Shown: positions 12,259 through 25,760, counted from the first letter of the stretch. The stretch is DNA of 64,000 nucleotides from Octopus sinensis (GCF_006345805.1 NC_042998.1:51894001-51958000), one strand, 5' to 3'. Made by a program: numbers and translations. Notes: generated from the letters alone by a model not told the origin.

Positions 12259-12571
12259 GATATACATACATATATGGCATGTAAAAAGCACCATCTGAAC
12301 GTGGCCGATGCCACGTAAAAAGCACCAACCGATCATGGTTGTTGCCAGCCTCCCCTGGCACCTGTAACGGTGGCACGTAAAAAGCACCAACTACACTCAC
12401 GGAGTGGTTGGCATTAGGAAGGGCATCCAGCTGTAGAAACACTGCCAGATCAGACTGGAGACTGGTGCAGCCTCCTGGCTTCCCAGACCCTGATCGAACC
12501 GTCCAACCCGTGCTAGCACGGAAAACGGACGTTAAATGATGATGATGATGATGATGATGTTATATATATCT

Positions 12572-12623
<52 letters not shown>

Positions 12624-15559
12624 ATATGTATGTATATATGTATGTATGTATAGTATATATGTATGTAGTATATATGTACACACACACACAATTTCCATGA
12701 TTGAAGAGAATCAGGTACTCAAGTAGTAAAGCACCAAGGTCAGGTTGGTGATACCATTATTGTGTACATATCATATTTAAGGACAAATATGTACTCACTA
12801 AAGTAAACATGAATTTGTACTCCTGTTATGCATACATTCACAAATAGCTGACTGAATACAAAACGAGTTACCAAGGTCACACGTGGGTACACCCAGTGCA
12901 CCTACCACACCTATTATATTATATTATAGGTGTAAGCACGTGTGTCTGATCAAGAAATTTGCTTTGCAGGCATGTAGTTTTAGGTTCACATAGCCACTGC
13001 TTTGGGCAGTTGTGGCTCTGTTTATGTCCTGTATAAACAAAAAGTCTGTTAGTTTGGTAGGTAAAGTTCTTACTTGAAAACTTGTAATGGTCATACCTGG
13101 AAGCAGGTCCAGAAGCTTTGTTGAATCCATGTTAGCATGGAAGGAGTGGAACTGAAAACAGTCTTTTATCTTTTACTTGCTCCAAAATGGCCACAGTCCA
13201 TTCTGGAGCATTGCCTTGAAGAGTTTTAGCCAAACAAATTGATGCCAGGACATTTTAAAGCCTCCTACTTATTCTGTCGGTCACTTTTGCCAAACTGTTA
13301 AGTTATGGGGACATAAACAAACCAGTACTGGTTGTCAAGTGGTGGTGGTGGTTGTGGGGGACAAAGATACACATAGATACACACACACACACACACACGC
13401 GCATGCACACACATACACACACATGCACACCATGGCTTTCTTTTAGTTTCTGTTTACCAAATCCACTCACAAGACTTTGGTCAGCCTGTAGCTAATGCAG
13501 AAAACACTTGCCCAAGGTTCCACACAGTAGGACTGAACCCAGAACCATGTGGTTGGGAAGTTAACTTCTTACCACACTGCCATGCAAAGTTTGCTTTAAT
13601 GCTTTTACTTTAGAAATCAGATATATATATCCACTCAAACTTTCATTTCCCCTAACTCTGGAAAGCAGTTTTACATACCAATCTTTATTTGTTGAGAAAT
13701 GTCTTGTTTGAAACGAGTTTCTGTTGATATTTATCAAGTTTACTTAGGCAACAGGACTTTCAGAAAATATCAATTGTATTTTTTGGTAGATATTTGACAT
13801 CATTACTGGAATAACCATGGAATTTAATTTTGTAGTTAGTGGGATAATGCTGTTATTCTACCACAAAAAAGTTCTTTGTTCCTGGCCTAAACAAATCTGT
13901 AATGTTGTAAAATTTGATCAGACACTAAATCATTTCTTGGATACTTGCAGCTTAAAATTATGTGGTATTGTGTGTGAACATGTGTGTATACGTGTGTATA
14001 TAGCAGTATTGTTAGATTGGATTTTCTTATTGCCTACCTGTGTGATCATTCTGTTAAGACAATATCATTTATCTTTTTCTTTCATATTTTATTTCTCCCA
14101 ACATAGCTGCAGTCTAATAACTCAGTCATTGGATTGCAGTTATGATGGGACATGATGTTGAAAGATTTAGTTGAACAAATTGACCCTAGTATTTAATTTT
14201 TTAAAAAAATCTGGTACTTATACTGTCAGTCTCTTGCTGAAATTGCCAAATTATGGAGAAATAAAAAAATTAACACCTGTTATTAAACAGTAGGGTGGGA
14301 GACAAATGGAAAGATACACACACACACACACACACATGCACATATAGACACTCACATACATGTGCACCACACACGTGTGAAAGTGCATGCACACACATGC
14401 ACACACATGCATACATGCACACATACACACATGCACACACACGTTCACACATGCATGTACATGTGCACACACATGCTTACACACTTACACATTCACACAC
14501 ACATGCATGCACGCACACACTCTCACACACACAAACACACTCACATGCACACACACACACGCATGTATATATAAATGTATATATACAACAGAATTGAGAT
14601 CCTAAAACCAAGGTTATATAAAAAGTATTATTGTGGATACTGAAGCTACATAAAAAGCACTCAGTACATTCTGTGCAGTGGTTGGCATCAGGAAAGGCAT
14701 CAAGCTGTAGAAACCAAGCCCAAACAAACAAATGGAGCCTGGTGTGGCCCCCTAGTTTTGCCATTTTCTGTCAAGCCGTCCAACCCATGCCTGCATAGAA
14801 AACGGATGTTAAATGATGATAATAATGATGACGATGATGATGAGGAGGAGGAGGATGATGATGATGATGTAAAAGGCATTAGTTGGCCTGGTGTTATAAC
14901 AGAAGACACTTACCCCTGCTGGCACTTAGTGGGATTGAACCCAAAGCCCTGTGGTTTACAAAACAAGCTATTTAACAACATTACCATGCCTGTGCCTATA
15001 TGTGAAACTAGTTAAGACTAATTTCATACAAAGCAAGAAACACACCCAACAAAAGGATCTTCACATGATTCTTTGGTCTTTTTGAAAAGTTGCAGCCAAA
15101 TTTTCTTCAAACTCCATCCTGCTGTTTTGGAAAAAGTAAATAAAAAAAAAGGAAGATTCATTGGAAAATATAGTCTTAGACACACTAAAGCTGAATAAAA
15201 GAGATGATGTTTATGGCTGGGATTCCTTTAATTCTTGGTTTGCTCAGTTAGGAGCAAAACGAGATAATAAAACATATATATTGCAAAAGAACAGAAGAAA
15301 CTCCCCAATAAAATATAAATGATAAGAGAACCATAAATAGGATGGAAAATCTGATAGAAGGAATAAGAATAAGAATTGAAGAAGCAAAGCATTTATGGAT
15401 TAAATAAAGAGAGGAAACAACATTGCAAGCAATGAATGCAAAAGAATTCTTTGCAATATAAACAAATGAAATGGATATAGCAAATATAAATCACATCTAT
15501 TATACAACGGTTAGCATAAAGTGCAAATGATAATGAGAACATATATGTGTGTGTATGTG

Positions 15560-15602
<43 letters not shown>

Positions 15603-16188
15603 GTATGTATGTGTGTGCTTGAGTGTGTGTTCTTGTGTGTGTGTGTATGTATGTGTGTATGTGTGTATACCTATGTGTGTTTGTATGCTTAAGTGTGTGT
15701 GTACTTGAGGGTGTATGTGTGTGCATGTCTGTGTGTGTTAAATAAGGAAATGAAAAGCAAACCACCTTAGAAAAATAAATTTACAGAAATAGATTTAATG
15801 AAACGGAAAGGACTTTATAATATTAGCAGAAATGCTAAATCAACATAGATAGGTAAAATATAAGAAGAAAATGAAAAAAAAAGATATTTGTAATGATAAA
15901 CTAAAAAATAAGTCGGAAATGTGAAGATTTGGGAAAAGGCTAATTGTTGTAAAAGCCCCATAGATCAGATGATCTGAAAAGAAACACAAACAGTGTATAC
16001 AAAAATATAATTATTAATGAAATTAGAAAGACTTTCTTTAAATAAACTATGAAGTAAATCAGGAAGATACAAACAAAAAAAAATGTAGATTTCCCTCACA
16101 GGAAATGAAAAATTTGGGCCTGAAATATGGAAGAAAAGACACTTGAACAAAAAAGTTCAGTGAATTGCAGTCCAACAAATATAAAACA

Positions 16189-16648
16189 TTATTTACATTA
16201 TTTACATTTGACAGATATTTGTCCTCATTTTGTTTGTTGTTAATACAACGCTTCGGCTGATATACTCTCCAGCCTTCATCAGGTGTCTTGGGGAAATTTC
16301 GAACCTGGGGCATATGGTGTAGTGGTTAAGAGCGTAGGCTACTAACCCCTAGATTCTGAGTTTGATTCCAGGCAGTGACCTGAATAATAATAATAATAAT
16401 AATGATAATAATAATAATGATAATGATAATAACAACAACAACAACAACATGGAAAAATATCTTAGGAATGTGAACCTAGGTTTGAAATTTCCCCAAAACA
16501 CCTGATGAAGGCTGGAAGGTATATCAGCGGAAACGTTGTGTTAACAACAAACAAGATAAGGACAAAAATACCCGTCAAATGTAAATAATGTAAATAATTT
16601 CAAATAATTTCAAATGTAAATAATGCAAATCTCTTAAATATAGAACTG
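16189..16648 (+). mobile_element. tRNA-headed SINE with hammerhead tail and inverted 3' duplication
   Basis: TSD AAATATAAAACA (16177-16188, 16649-16660); A box 16315-16325; B-box-like 16358-16369; (AAT)n/(AAC)n linker; HHR 16497-16542; inverted tail copy 16189-16309. Confidence 0.8.
16497..16542 (+). ncRNA. Minimal type I hammerhead ribozyme motif
   Basis: AACAC-CUGAUGA-A-GGCUG...CAGC(G)-GAAA-CG-UU-GUGUU. The inverted copy at 16241-16286 has a perfect stem II but GAAG in place of GAAA. Confidence 0.7.
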
Positions 16649-17504
16649 AAATATAAAACAGTTTTGGGTATGAAAAAAAGCTGAAAAGATCAAATCTTGA
16701 ATCAATCGAAGAAAATTTCTGAGGAATAAAAAGTCATACTTTTGGATAAAAGTCACAGCATATGCTAAATGGCAATGCAATCAAAGCTTTGCACATGACA
16801 TTGATTCCCAGTAAGATTTCTGGTGGCTAACATGTTACTACTACAGAAAATTGACAAAATTGAAATTTTTTAGTATTACAAGTTGTTATAAGTCTCCTGA
16901 TAAATTACAATGTATTTAGCTAAATAATTCATTTCTAAAATCTTTATTTAACGTATTTAACATGTGTATCACTGAGAAGCCAGAAGCTGCAGTTTTTTTA
17001 TGCAGGAGAAATCCTTTTATAGATGTGTTGTGTTAGAAAAATACAATATACTTCAGAGTTAGGCAGAATGAAATTGGACTGAAAGTGATTACAAGAGTGA
17101 CAGGTGTACATTTCACCATAGTTGCAGCTTATCAATGTCACATATTCATGTCATCTCTGAAATGAGTTTAAATCAGGCAGTCTGTATATAGAGAGAATAT
17201 GTGAACAATACACTGGTTTTGATGAAAACAAACTGTTGCCAGCTGAACAGAAAGTGTGCAAAGCAAAAGAAAAATGAGTGATGGGTACAAGGAAGAACCC
17301 TTAACAGACAAAAAAGCTAAAGAAAATTGCAAGATGAAAAGGAAAACCATATATTTCTGGAGATCGCATGGATAGATTATAAGAAGGCACACAGAGGTCT
17401 AACACATATTGCTACATTGAAAATGCTAGATAACACTCAAAGCTGGATTAAACCCATAAAGGCCCTAAGCACTTAAAAGATTTTAGTGTCCCCTTATGCA
17501 TGTA

Positions 17505-17668
17505 CGCTTTCCATGCTAGCATGGGTTGGACGGTTCAACTGGGGTCTGGGGAGCCCAAAGGCTGCACCAGGCCAGTCAGAAACACTGCCAGATCTGACTG
17601 GCCTGGTGCAGCCTTCGGGCTCCCCAGACCCCAGTTGAACCGTCCAACCCATGCTAGCATGGAAAGCG
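17505..17668. repeat. 76-bp inverted repeat formed by a family R element
   Basis: 17505-17580 vs 17593-17668, one mismatch, 12-nt loop. Confidence 0.92.
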
Positions 17669-18749
17669 GACGTTAAATGATGATGATGATGATGATGAAA
17701 CAATAATAAATCGTAAGATGAATTTTTATTTTTCAAGATAAAACAAAACTAACAGATGGAAAATAATGATTATTTTTGTATACTTTCACTTTATTTATAT
17801 TTGAAAAGTTTTCTCCAACTTTTTTTAATTGCAAAGTCTTTGATCAACTCACCACCATCATCATCATCACCATCGTCACTGCCATTGTTGTCATCATCGT
17901 CATCATCACCATGGGTTCCAATGTCTGCTTTAGCTAGGTTTTTATGGCTTGATGCCCTTCCTAATGCCAAAACAACAACATGAATTGTATTTTCTAATAT
18001 TTACCTACATGGTTTTCAGAAAAAAACAAAATGTTCCCATTAAATGGATCATTTCTGCTTTTAGCTGTTCCCTTAGACCGTATTTAAAATACCAAAGATA
18101 AGCTTTATCTTACTGTCTGTACAACCATCTTAACTAAAATGATAAGACATCAAGTCACTTATTTACTGTCCTTTATGTACTTGGTGGAACACAAGTTAGC
18201 CCGTCATACATATGAGATCAGTGATGAAGCCAAGCAGCTTGGGGTAGAGTTGGAGTGATGCTGATCCAGAAAATAAGCTATTTTTTATGACACTCATTAC
18301 ATTTAGATACTATCATATAGCTACAATTTCATGTGTTAAAGGATTGAATAGGTCTAAGAGCTATCTGAAGAGCTTTTGTAGGTCTCTCTGAAGCATATCT
18401 AATGTATCTCCCAAGTATCATAGCTCATCATCATCACCATTGTCATTGTCATCGTCATCATTATCATAATCATCATCATCATCATTTTAACATCCACTTT
18501 ACTATGCTTCTTATTTCTTTACTGCCCACAAGGGGTTACACATAGAGGGAACAAACAAGGACAGACAAACGGATTAAGTTGATTATATCGATCCCAGTGC
18601 GTAACTGGTACTTATTTAATCAACCCCGAAAAGATGAAAGGCAAATTTGAACTCACAATGTAGTGGCAGACGGAAAACCACTATGCATTTCCCCTGGTGT
18701 GCTAACGTTTCTGCCAGCTTGCCACCTGGCATGGGTCAGTTGTTGTTGT

Positions 18750-19055
18750 TGTTGTTTGTTCCTTCTCGAGCCATGCCTGGCTCATCAGGGCCGGTTTCCT
18801 GGTTTCATTGGTGTATAGGTTCCCTAAATGGATGGGACACTGGTCAGTCATAAGTGAGCTGCTAGATGCAGGAGGAAAGAGTGAGAGAAAGTTGTGGCAA
18901 AAGAATTAGCAGAAGTTTGCCATTACCTTCTGCTGGAGCTGCGTAGAGCTTAGATGTTTCGCTCATAAACACACGCATCACCCAGTCTGAGATTCAAACC
19001 TGCAATCCCTCAGCTGCAAGTCCGCTGCTCTAACCACTAGGCCATGTGCCCCCAC
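18750..19055 (-). mobile_element. SINE family C (tRNA-like head)
   Basis: Head catggcctagtggttagagcagcggac...tttgaatctcagac. Related copies at 28010-, 31398+, 43517+, 45516+, 46852+, 51445-, 51938+, 52842+. Confidence 0.8.
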
Positions 19056-19796
19056 TGCATGGGTCAGACAGAGTGTATTTGAGGCTGATTTTTCTGTTTC
19101 CAATAGAGATAACATATGCATATGTACCTCAACATTTTTGCTTAAGATACTTTTGAGTACTCCCAAAAAGTGTGGTGGATTTTAACTACTGCCCACCCAA
19201 TCAATAATGTTGAGTTTCATTGTATTATACTGTTTTACTATACCAGTCATCTAATCAGGGCATATTAGAAAATCATCATCATTATTATTAAGTTTACATG
19301 AATATAAAATGCTCACAGCAGCATACAAACATTCTGTATTATTAGTTTTAAGTGTTGCGAAATCTTTCCTTTTAATGGAACTAGTCATGCTTAGTTTGGT
19401 TGATTTTGCTCCCAAGAGAAAGTCAGAACTTTTTCTAATACCCTCAAGTATTCAACAATATGGTAAACTGGAATGTGCAAGAGACAAAAAAAAGACGTAA
19501 ACAAGAAAACTACTGAAGAAATTTAGACTACATCAATGAAAAACTGACATACTTAGCACATATTTCCCTAGGCAGATTGAAAACCTTGAACAATTTAAAT
19601 GGTGAATGAAACTAGTTCATTTGTACAAGATATTTACCTCCAAAAGAAAAAGGCAAAACACACTTCTATGAAAAGTTACTGAACACTGCAAAAGCAAAAT
19701 GTTGCACTCAATATACAAAGAAGCACAGAAACATTTATCAAAAATAGGCACTCTAGTTGAGAATTTCTCAAAACTCTCAAATACACTTAGTATTAA

Positions 19797-20017
19797 CCCT
19801 TTCGTTACCAACCCAGCTGAAACCGGCTCTGGCTCTTTAGTACAAATGTCTGGTTTTCAAAAGTTCTGAATTAAAACCTTCCATGAAACCTTAGTCACAA
19901 TTTATGTCCCTAACTCTAGCTTAATGATAACGATGTTATTTTACTTAATTCTTTGTTATATTTAACATAATTGGAAGAAACACTGAGCATCTTAAAATAA
20001 ATTCAGTAACGAAAGGG
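19797..20017. mobile_element. TTAA-flanked (piggyBac-like) MITE
   Basis: TTAA|CCCTTTCGTTAC ... GTAACGAAAGGG|TTAA; second copy at 24966-25186. Confidence 0.85.
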
Positions 20018-20069
20018 TTAAACAGGCATAAACTACAGAAAGAGCTGATATAGCAAAAGAAGTTTAAAA

Positions 20070-20845
20070 ATTTAAGAAATATTAAAGAGTAAATTTATTC
20101 AATAAAATTGCCATTGGCTTCAAGCACAGCCTTCAGATAACTTTGGAATCTCCTGCACCTCTTCTGGACCATCTCCTTGTTTAAGTTGGTGAATGCTGCC
20201 ATAATTCTTGCCTTCAGTTCATCTTTGGTGTTACAAGGAGTTTTGTTGATCTCTCGCTCAACTGCACCCCACACATAATAATCAAGGGGTTGCAGTCTGG
20301 GGAGTTAGGTGGCCAGATGTTAGAGGTGATGTGGTTGCAGAAGTTGTCTGAAAGCCATGACTGCGTTCTCCTGCTTGTGTGGATTGGTGCAGAGTCCTGT
20401 TGCCAGACATAGAGTCTTCCAGCAGCAACCCTGTTGACTAAGGGCAGCACTACCTCCTCCAGGAACTTGATGTAGGCCTCTGTGTTGAGCCTGAGACTGT
20501 GTGGGATGACAAATGGAGGCATAATGTTGCCATCACTAGTGATCACTCCAAACACTGTGATGTTGACTGGATGTTTGATTTTTATCACTCTCAGTACATG
20601 TCTCCAGATTGACACTCATACACTCTGAAGTGTTCTTATTGGAGCTTCTAGCATGAATGCTAAGCAGTACAGCATGTCATTTCCAAATTTCTGGCAAAGA
20701 GAATTGTGTCATGGTGCAGTTTTCCTCACAGATGGTGCCCAACTGACCCTACTATACTATGTAGTCAACAAAATCAAAAACAAACAATGTGCACACGCAA
20801 AATTAAAAATATAAAATGGTGACAATTTACCCATCCCACCCTGTA
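20070..20845 (-). mobile_element. DD37D (maT-like) transposon remnant
   Basis: VWQQD followed by 37 aa ending WPPNSPDCNPL; the third D is seen in the 11450 copy. Same TIR as that copy. A third fragment lies at 59850-60065 (+). Confidence 0.85.
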
Positions 20846-21739
20846 TATGTATATATATAGTTATACACATACACACACATGATGGGATTCTTTCAGTTGA
20901 TGAACTCTCAAATTGAGTTCAATGCCTAAGAGCCAAAGAATTTTGCTTTCTTTTTTTCTTTCACATTTTAGTGCTTATGACTTCTGTGAGACACCAGACC
21001 TGCTCTGTTTCTGCATCCTTCATGTACAAAATGCTGAAAGAAAACCGCACTCTTTTGATCCTCCCTTGTGTGCGTGCGTGTGCGCATGTGTGTGTGTGTG
21101 TGCATATGTGTGCATGCATGTGTCATGTGTGTGTTAGTGTCTCTTTGCCTTGGCATCATCACATGGTAATTGTAAGTGAATATCATTGACATAAAAGCAG
21201 TGTCATCCATTTTCAATCTTCCATGAAAACATGTCTGGTCATGGGGAAAATATTACCTTACTTGGAAACAAGTGATGGTTGGTGACAGGAAGGGCATCCA
21301 ACCATAGAAAAATCCACCTCAATCCACCTCAACAAATTCTTTCTGACCCATGCAAGTGTGGAAAAGTGGATGTTAAAACAATAATAATGATGACGATGAT
21401 GTTAATAATAGTGATGATGATGATGATGATGATGATTATCCAAAATGATTCGTGACATTTAGTTACGGCTCCTTACATCCTGAGTTCAAATCCTGTTGAG
21501 GTTAGTGTTAGTGTTTCCTCTCATGCTTTTGGAGCTGATAAAATATGGTACCAGTGAAGTACTGTGTTAACACTATCAACTCATCCTTTCCTCCTTCAAA
21601 ATTGCTGGCTTTGAAACAAGTATTAGAAACAAGTATTATTTGTCAGATTTAATTGTCTTCCTTAAAGTGTGTATTTGTTTGGTTCTGACATCATGACCAC
21701 CACAGCGATTGTCATACATGTCTTCTTTCCTTCTCTTTC

Positions 21740-21755
21740 ATAGGACCATCATAAC

Positions 21756-21802
<47 letters not shown>

Positions 21803-22597
21803 CCATCATCACAATCATCACAATCATCATCATCATCATCATTATCATCATCATCATCATCACCGGCACCACCATCATCATCATCATCATCACCACCACC
21901 GCCACCACTACCACCACCACCACCACACCACCACCACCACTATCATCATCATCATAATCATCATCATCATCAGTATCATCAGTATCATCATCACCATCAT
22001 CATCATCATCATCATCATCATTGCCATCATCATTGTCCCCACCACCACCACAACCACCACCATCATCATCATCATAATAATCAGTATCATCACCATCACC
22101 ATCCATCACCACCTCTACATTTTCTGTCTCTTGGTTATTGTCTTGGACATTTAGTTATCATTGTTGTTATCTGTGCCATCATCTTAACACACTTCACTTG
22201 CCACTATCATTTCCATGTCCTCTTTGTTCAGTCCACCATCCTCTTTCTCCCTTCTTTCTTCTCAATACCAACATCATCACCATCACCAAATCCACCTCCA
22301 CCACCACCACCACCACCACCACCACCACCACCACCACTACCAACACTGTCATCATCATCATCATCATCATTGTCATTATCGTCATCGTCATCATTGTCAT
22401 CTTGACATCATCATCATCATCATCACCATTGTCATTGCCAGCGTTAACATGTTAACATCGTCCTTATCCTAATTTTTCTCATTAGTATCACCATCATCAT
22501 CATCAACATTATCCTTATTGCTTTCTTCATTTCCATCAACATTATCATCATCTTCATCTTCATTGTCATCATCAGCCTCATCCTCGTTCTCATCTTG

Positions 22598-22639
<42 letters not shown>

Positions 22640-22745
22640 GTAATCAATCGCTGTTACCATCATCATCGTTGTTGTCCTTGACATTGTCATCTTTACTGTC
22701 GCCATCTATGGCATCATCATCATCATCACCATCGTCACCATTAAC
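21740..22745. repeat. ~1-kb compound (CAT)n/(CAC)n microsatellite
   Basis: Read directly; source of the poly-M/D/I/H ORFs. Confidence 0.95.
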
Positions 22746-23254
22746 GATATAACATATCACCCTATGTCCACCTCGTATAAACTGCTGCTCCAATCATGAT
22801 AATTTTCTCTGACTATAAAAGCAATGGGACATTGATGGTTAGATGAAAGAGAAAGATTAAAGAGAAACATAACAGAAAGCATGCTATGTCTGGTGTTTTG
22901 TATATCTGGACGATTTATAATTGCAGTGGATGTCTACTGTATGTATGTATGCAAGCATGTATGTATGTACTGTATGTATGTATGCATGTATGTATGCATT
23001 TATGTATATGTGTGTATTTATATGTGCGTAGGTATGTATGTCCATATGTATGTATTCTTGTGCTTTGTATGTATGTATGTATGTGTGCATGTGTGTATGT
23101 ATGTGTGCATATTTGTATGTGATGTATCTGTGTGAGTAGTCCATCTGTATGTATGTTTGTGTATGTATGTATATGATGTATATAAATTTATACTGACAAA
23201 CATATACACATATACATATCTATCTGTTTGTCTGTTTGTCTTTCTTTCAGTCTT

Positions 23255-23327
<73 letters not shown>

Positions 23328-23439
23328 GATAAAACCACTATTAGAGATAAAACCACTAAATTAGAGATAAAACCACTATTAGGCAATTTTCCCTGTAAGT
23401 TTGGATTTACTCCCTAATATTATTATTATTATATATATA

Positions 23440-23900
23440 TAAAAGATGGAGATGGAAGTAGCCCAGAAATAAGTCTAAGACATTTCAATTTAAGAGAGAA
23501 TTTAATAAAAATGATTTTAAAAATTATATAAAGAAAATATTACCAGTTTTGATGTATCTCATCTTATCAAATATTAGTAAAAATTTATGAAAATTAGAAG
23601 TAAAAACAGTTTATCTTCTGTCTGTGGGTCAAGGACATGTCTGGAGATTTTTCATTGAAGTCTTTTTTATATATAGTCTGGAATAGTGTTCAAAGTGTTA
23701 GAGAATGAGGGAATGGTTGTCTATTGTCTAAAAGAAATCTTTGTTTGTTCCTCTCAAGGGAGTGGCTAAAAAGCATTTATTGAATGGGCTTTATGTCCAA
23801 TGTGTGTGTGTGTGTGAATGTGTGTGCGTGTATTGTGCTGAATGTCCTTTCAGAGTCGATGGGTATATATTAAAAATAGGGAAGGCTGGTTTATGGGATT
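23440..23900 (-). mobile_element. Old PLE 3' end fossil with HHR-like motif
   Basis: Same architecture as 61340-61500; minus strand 23575-23536 reads AAUAU-UUGAUAA-GAUG-agaua-CAUC-AAAA-CUGG-UA-AUAUU. Confidence 0.55.
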
Positions 23901-24379
23901 ACCTTAGGTTTCCTGTCCATAAAGGGTTTAGCTTTATGACTTATTGTCAGATCCCAAAAACTTGTTGGCCCAAGAACTCTTAAAAATATGGAGGAGGTTT
24001 GCAGAAAAGTTCCTAGCTTTAAGGGTATTTTGAAAGACCTGGTTGGAGGCCCATCCTGCTGAGTTATTTTACAGGGCTTAGAAAAAACTGAAGGACTGCT
24101 GCAATTAGTGTGTGAATCTGAAAGGGGAATATGTTGAATAAAACCATAATTAACTGATCCTCTTGTATTTTCTTTTATCCAAAGCTAAGAACTTTTCAGC
24201 ACCCCCTTGTTCATATCTACTACATATGTGGAAAATTCTGTCTGTGGGTGTGTTTGTGGAGTTGTTAGCTAACTCCTCCTACATCGTTTTATCGATTTTT
24301 ATGGAATTTGACATGTGGGTAGAACTCATGTCTGGAAACAATATCTAGAACAGAGAGATCTCAGGGTAAACTTGGCAAA

Positions 24380-24800
24380 ATACAGGACTCTGTTGACTTC
24401 AGGAAAATGACTATACTAAACATGCAAAGAAAGAATAGATAGGAACTTTGTATCAATGAGAAATATGTATTAGTGACAAACGCAATATTTATACCACTTA
24501 TACATGAATGTTCTGTCAGAACAAACTTTGCTGCAGTAGAATCCATGATAGAAACTCTCATAAGGTTTTTGGTGTGAAATGCACTCTTTTTTATATTTCT
24601 GTAGAGACTGCTTGATATCTCTGGCAGTTGAATATCTGCCACTGATAAGACCAAGGAAGATCAAAATCACGTGATCTTTGGTCTTAGCATTGTAAGTGAC
24701 AGGGATTTATCTCCCCACTAGCAATAAGGACAAATGTGCATTTTACTTGAAAAAGCCAATTAGAGAGTTTCTCTCATGGTAATTACCGCAGTAACGATTT
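24380..24800 (+). mobile_element. Possible LTR-retrotransposon integrase fossil
   Basis: FIPLIHE...FAAVESMIETL...WCEMH...FCRDCL loosely recalls the integrase zinc-finger region. Very degenerate. Confidence 0.25.
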
Positions 24801-25199
24801 TTCTAACAGAACATCCACATTTAAGTTGGGATAAATGAGAAATATAGTTGTACAAGAGATGTACTGGGATCACAGACAAGAAAACAATGAATAAAGATTT
24901 TCCATGTGGCTGATGTTCAGGAGTACTTAAGCAATCAGAGCAGTTGTAAAATAAATTCCTTTTAACCCTTTCATTACCAACCCGGCTGAAACCGGCTCTG
25001 GCTCTGAGTACAAATGCCTTGTTTTCATAGGTTTTGAATTAAAATCTTCCACCAAATCTTAATCACAATTTATGTACCTAAATCTAGCTTAATGATAACC
25101 AAGTTATTTTACTAAATTCTTTGTTGATATTTAAAGTAATTGAAAGAAACACAGAGCATCTCAAAATAAATACAGTAACGAAAGGGTTAATGTTTGCAA

Positions 25200-25760
25200 G
25201 GTTCTATAGAAGTGGTTGATTACTTCTGTTGCTTAGGAAACCTAATCAGCTGTAGAAGAAGGTGCTTTGAAAGCATAGTAACCAGAATGTGGATGGACAG
25301 TAAAGGGGAGTTCAGGGAGCTAATACTTCTGGTGGCAACAAGAAGATTCTCTTTTTGAGTGAAAGATAGATAGGACATTGATAAGGGGCAATACTGCATG
25401 GTTGTGAGATGTGGGTGCTGAACATAGAGAGTGTGTGTTGGTTGGAAAGAAATGAAGCATGCATGTTCTGTTGGATGCACAATGTTAATTTGCATGAATG
25501 ATATAGCACAGTTGTGCTGAGAGATAAACTAGTTATAAGAGGGATCAGTTGTAGTGTATTAGAAGGAAGATTATGTTGTTATGGACATGTGAGGCATTTT
25601 TAGATGATAATGAATAGGTCAAGAAGTGTCAAGAGATCCGAGTAGAAAGGAACTGTGGAAGAAGAAGACTATGAAAGACATGGACCGAAATGGTAAAAGC
25701 TTTCTTCAGGATGTTGAAATCACCAGAAAGATTATAAAGGAATACAGCAAATGGCAAGAT
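25200..25760 (+). mobile_element. RTE-clade LINE 3' fossil
   Basis: GEFRELI...AILHGCEMWVLNIESVCWLERNEACMFCWM matches the RTE 'MLHGSETW....RLERNE.SMLRW' pattern. Confidence 0.8.

Larger units (their letters stand above)
15260..19790 (+). mobile_element. Highly decayed R4/Dong-like LINE, interrupted by several insertions
   Basis: Best support is 17215-17410: NKLLPAEQKVCK / GYKEEPLTDK..ENCKMKRK / LEIAWIDYKKAH (RT motifs across frameshifts). Outer limits are uncertain. Confidence 0.6.

Noticed and set aside
16308-16380. tRNA gene
   Set aside because: No acceptor stem or proper T-arm pairing; it is a SINE head. The same applies to family A, B and C heads.
21738-22705. Asp-rich or Met-rich (biomineral- or reflectin-like) protein on the minus strand
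   Set aside because: Degenerate (CAT)n with frame switches and stops, no splice context and no reflectin motif.
23322-23380. CRISPR-like repeats (ttagagataaaaccacta x3), also 50470-50815 and the gtaaaaagcacc units at 12280-12390
   Set aside because: Tandem or low-complexity spacers, no cas genes, eukaryotic repeat context.
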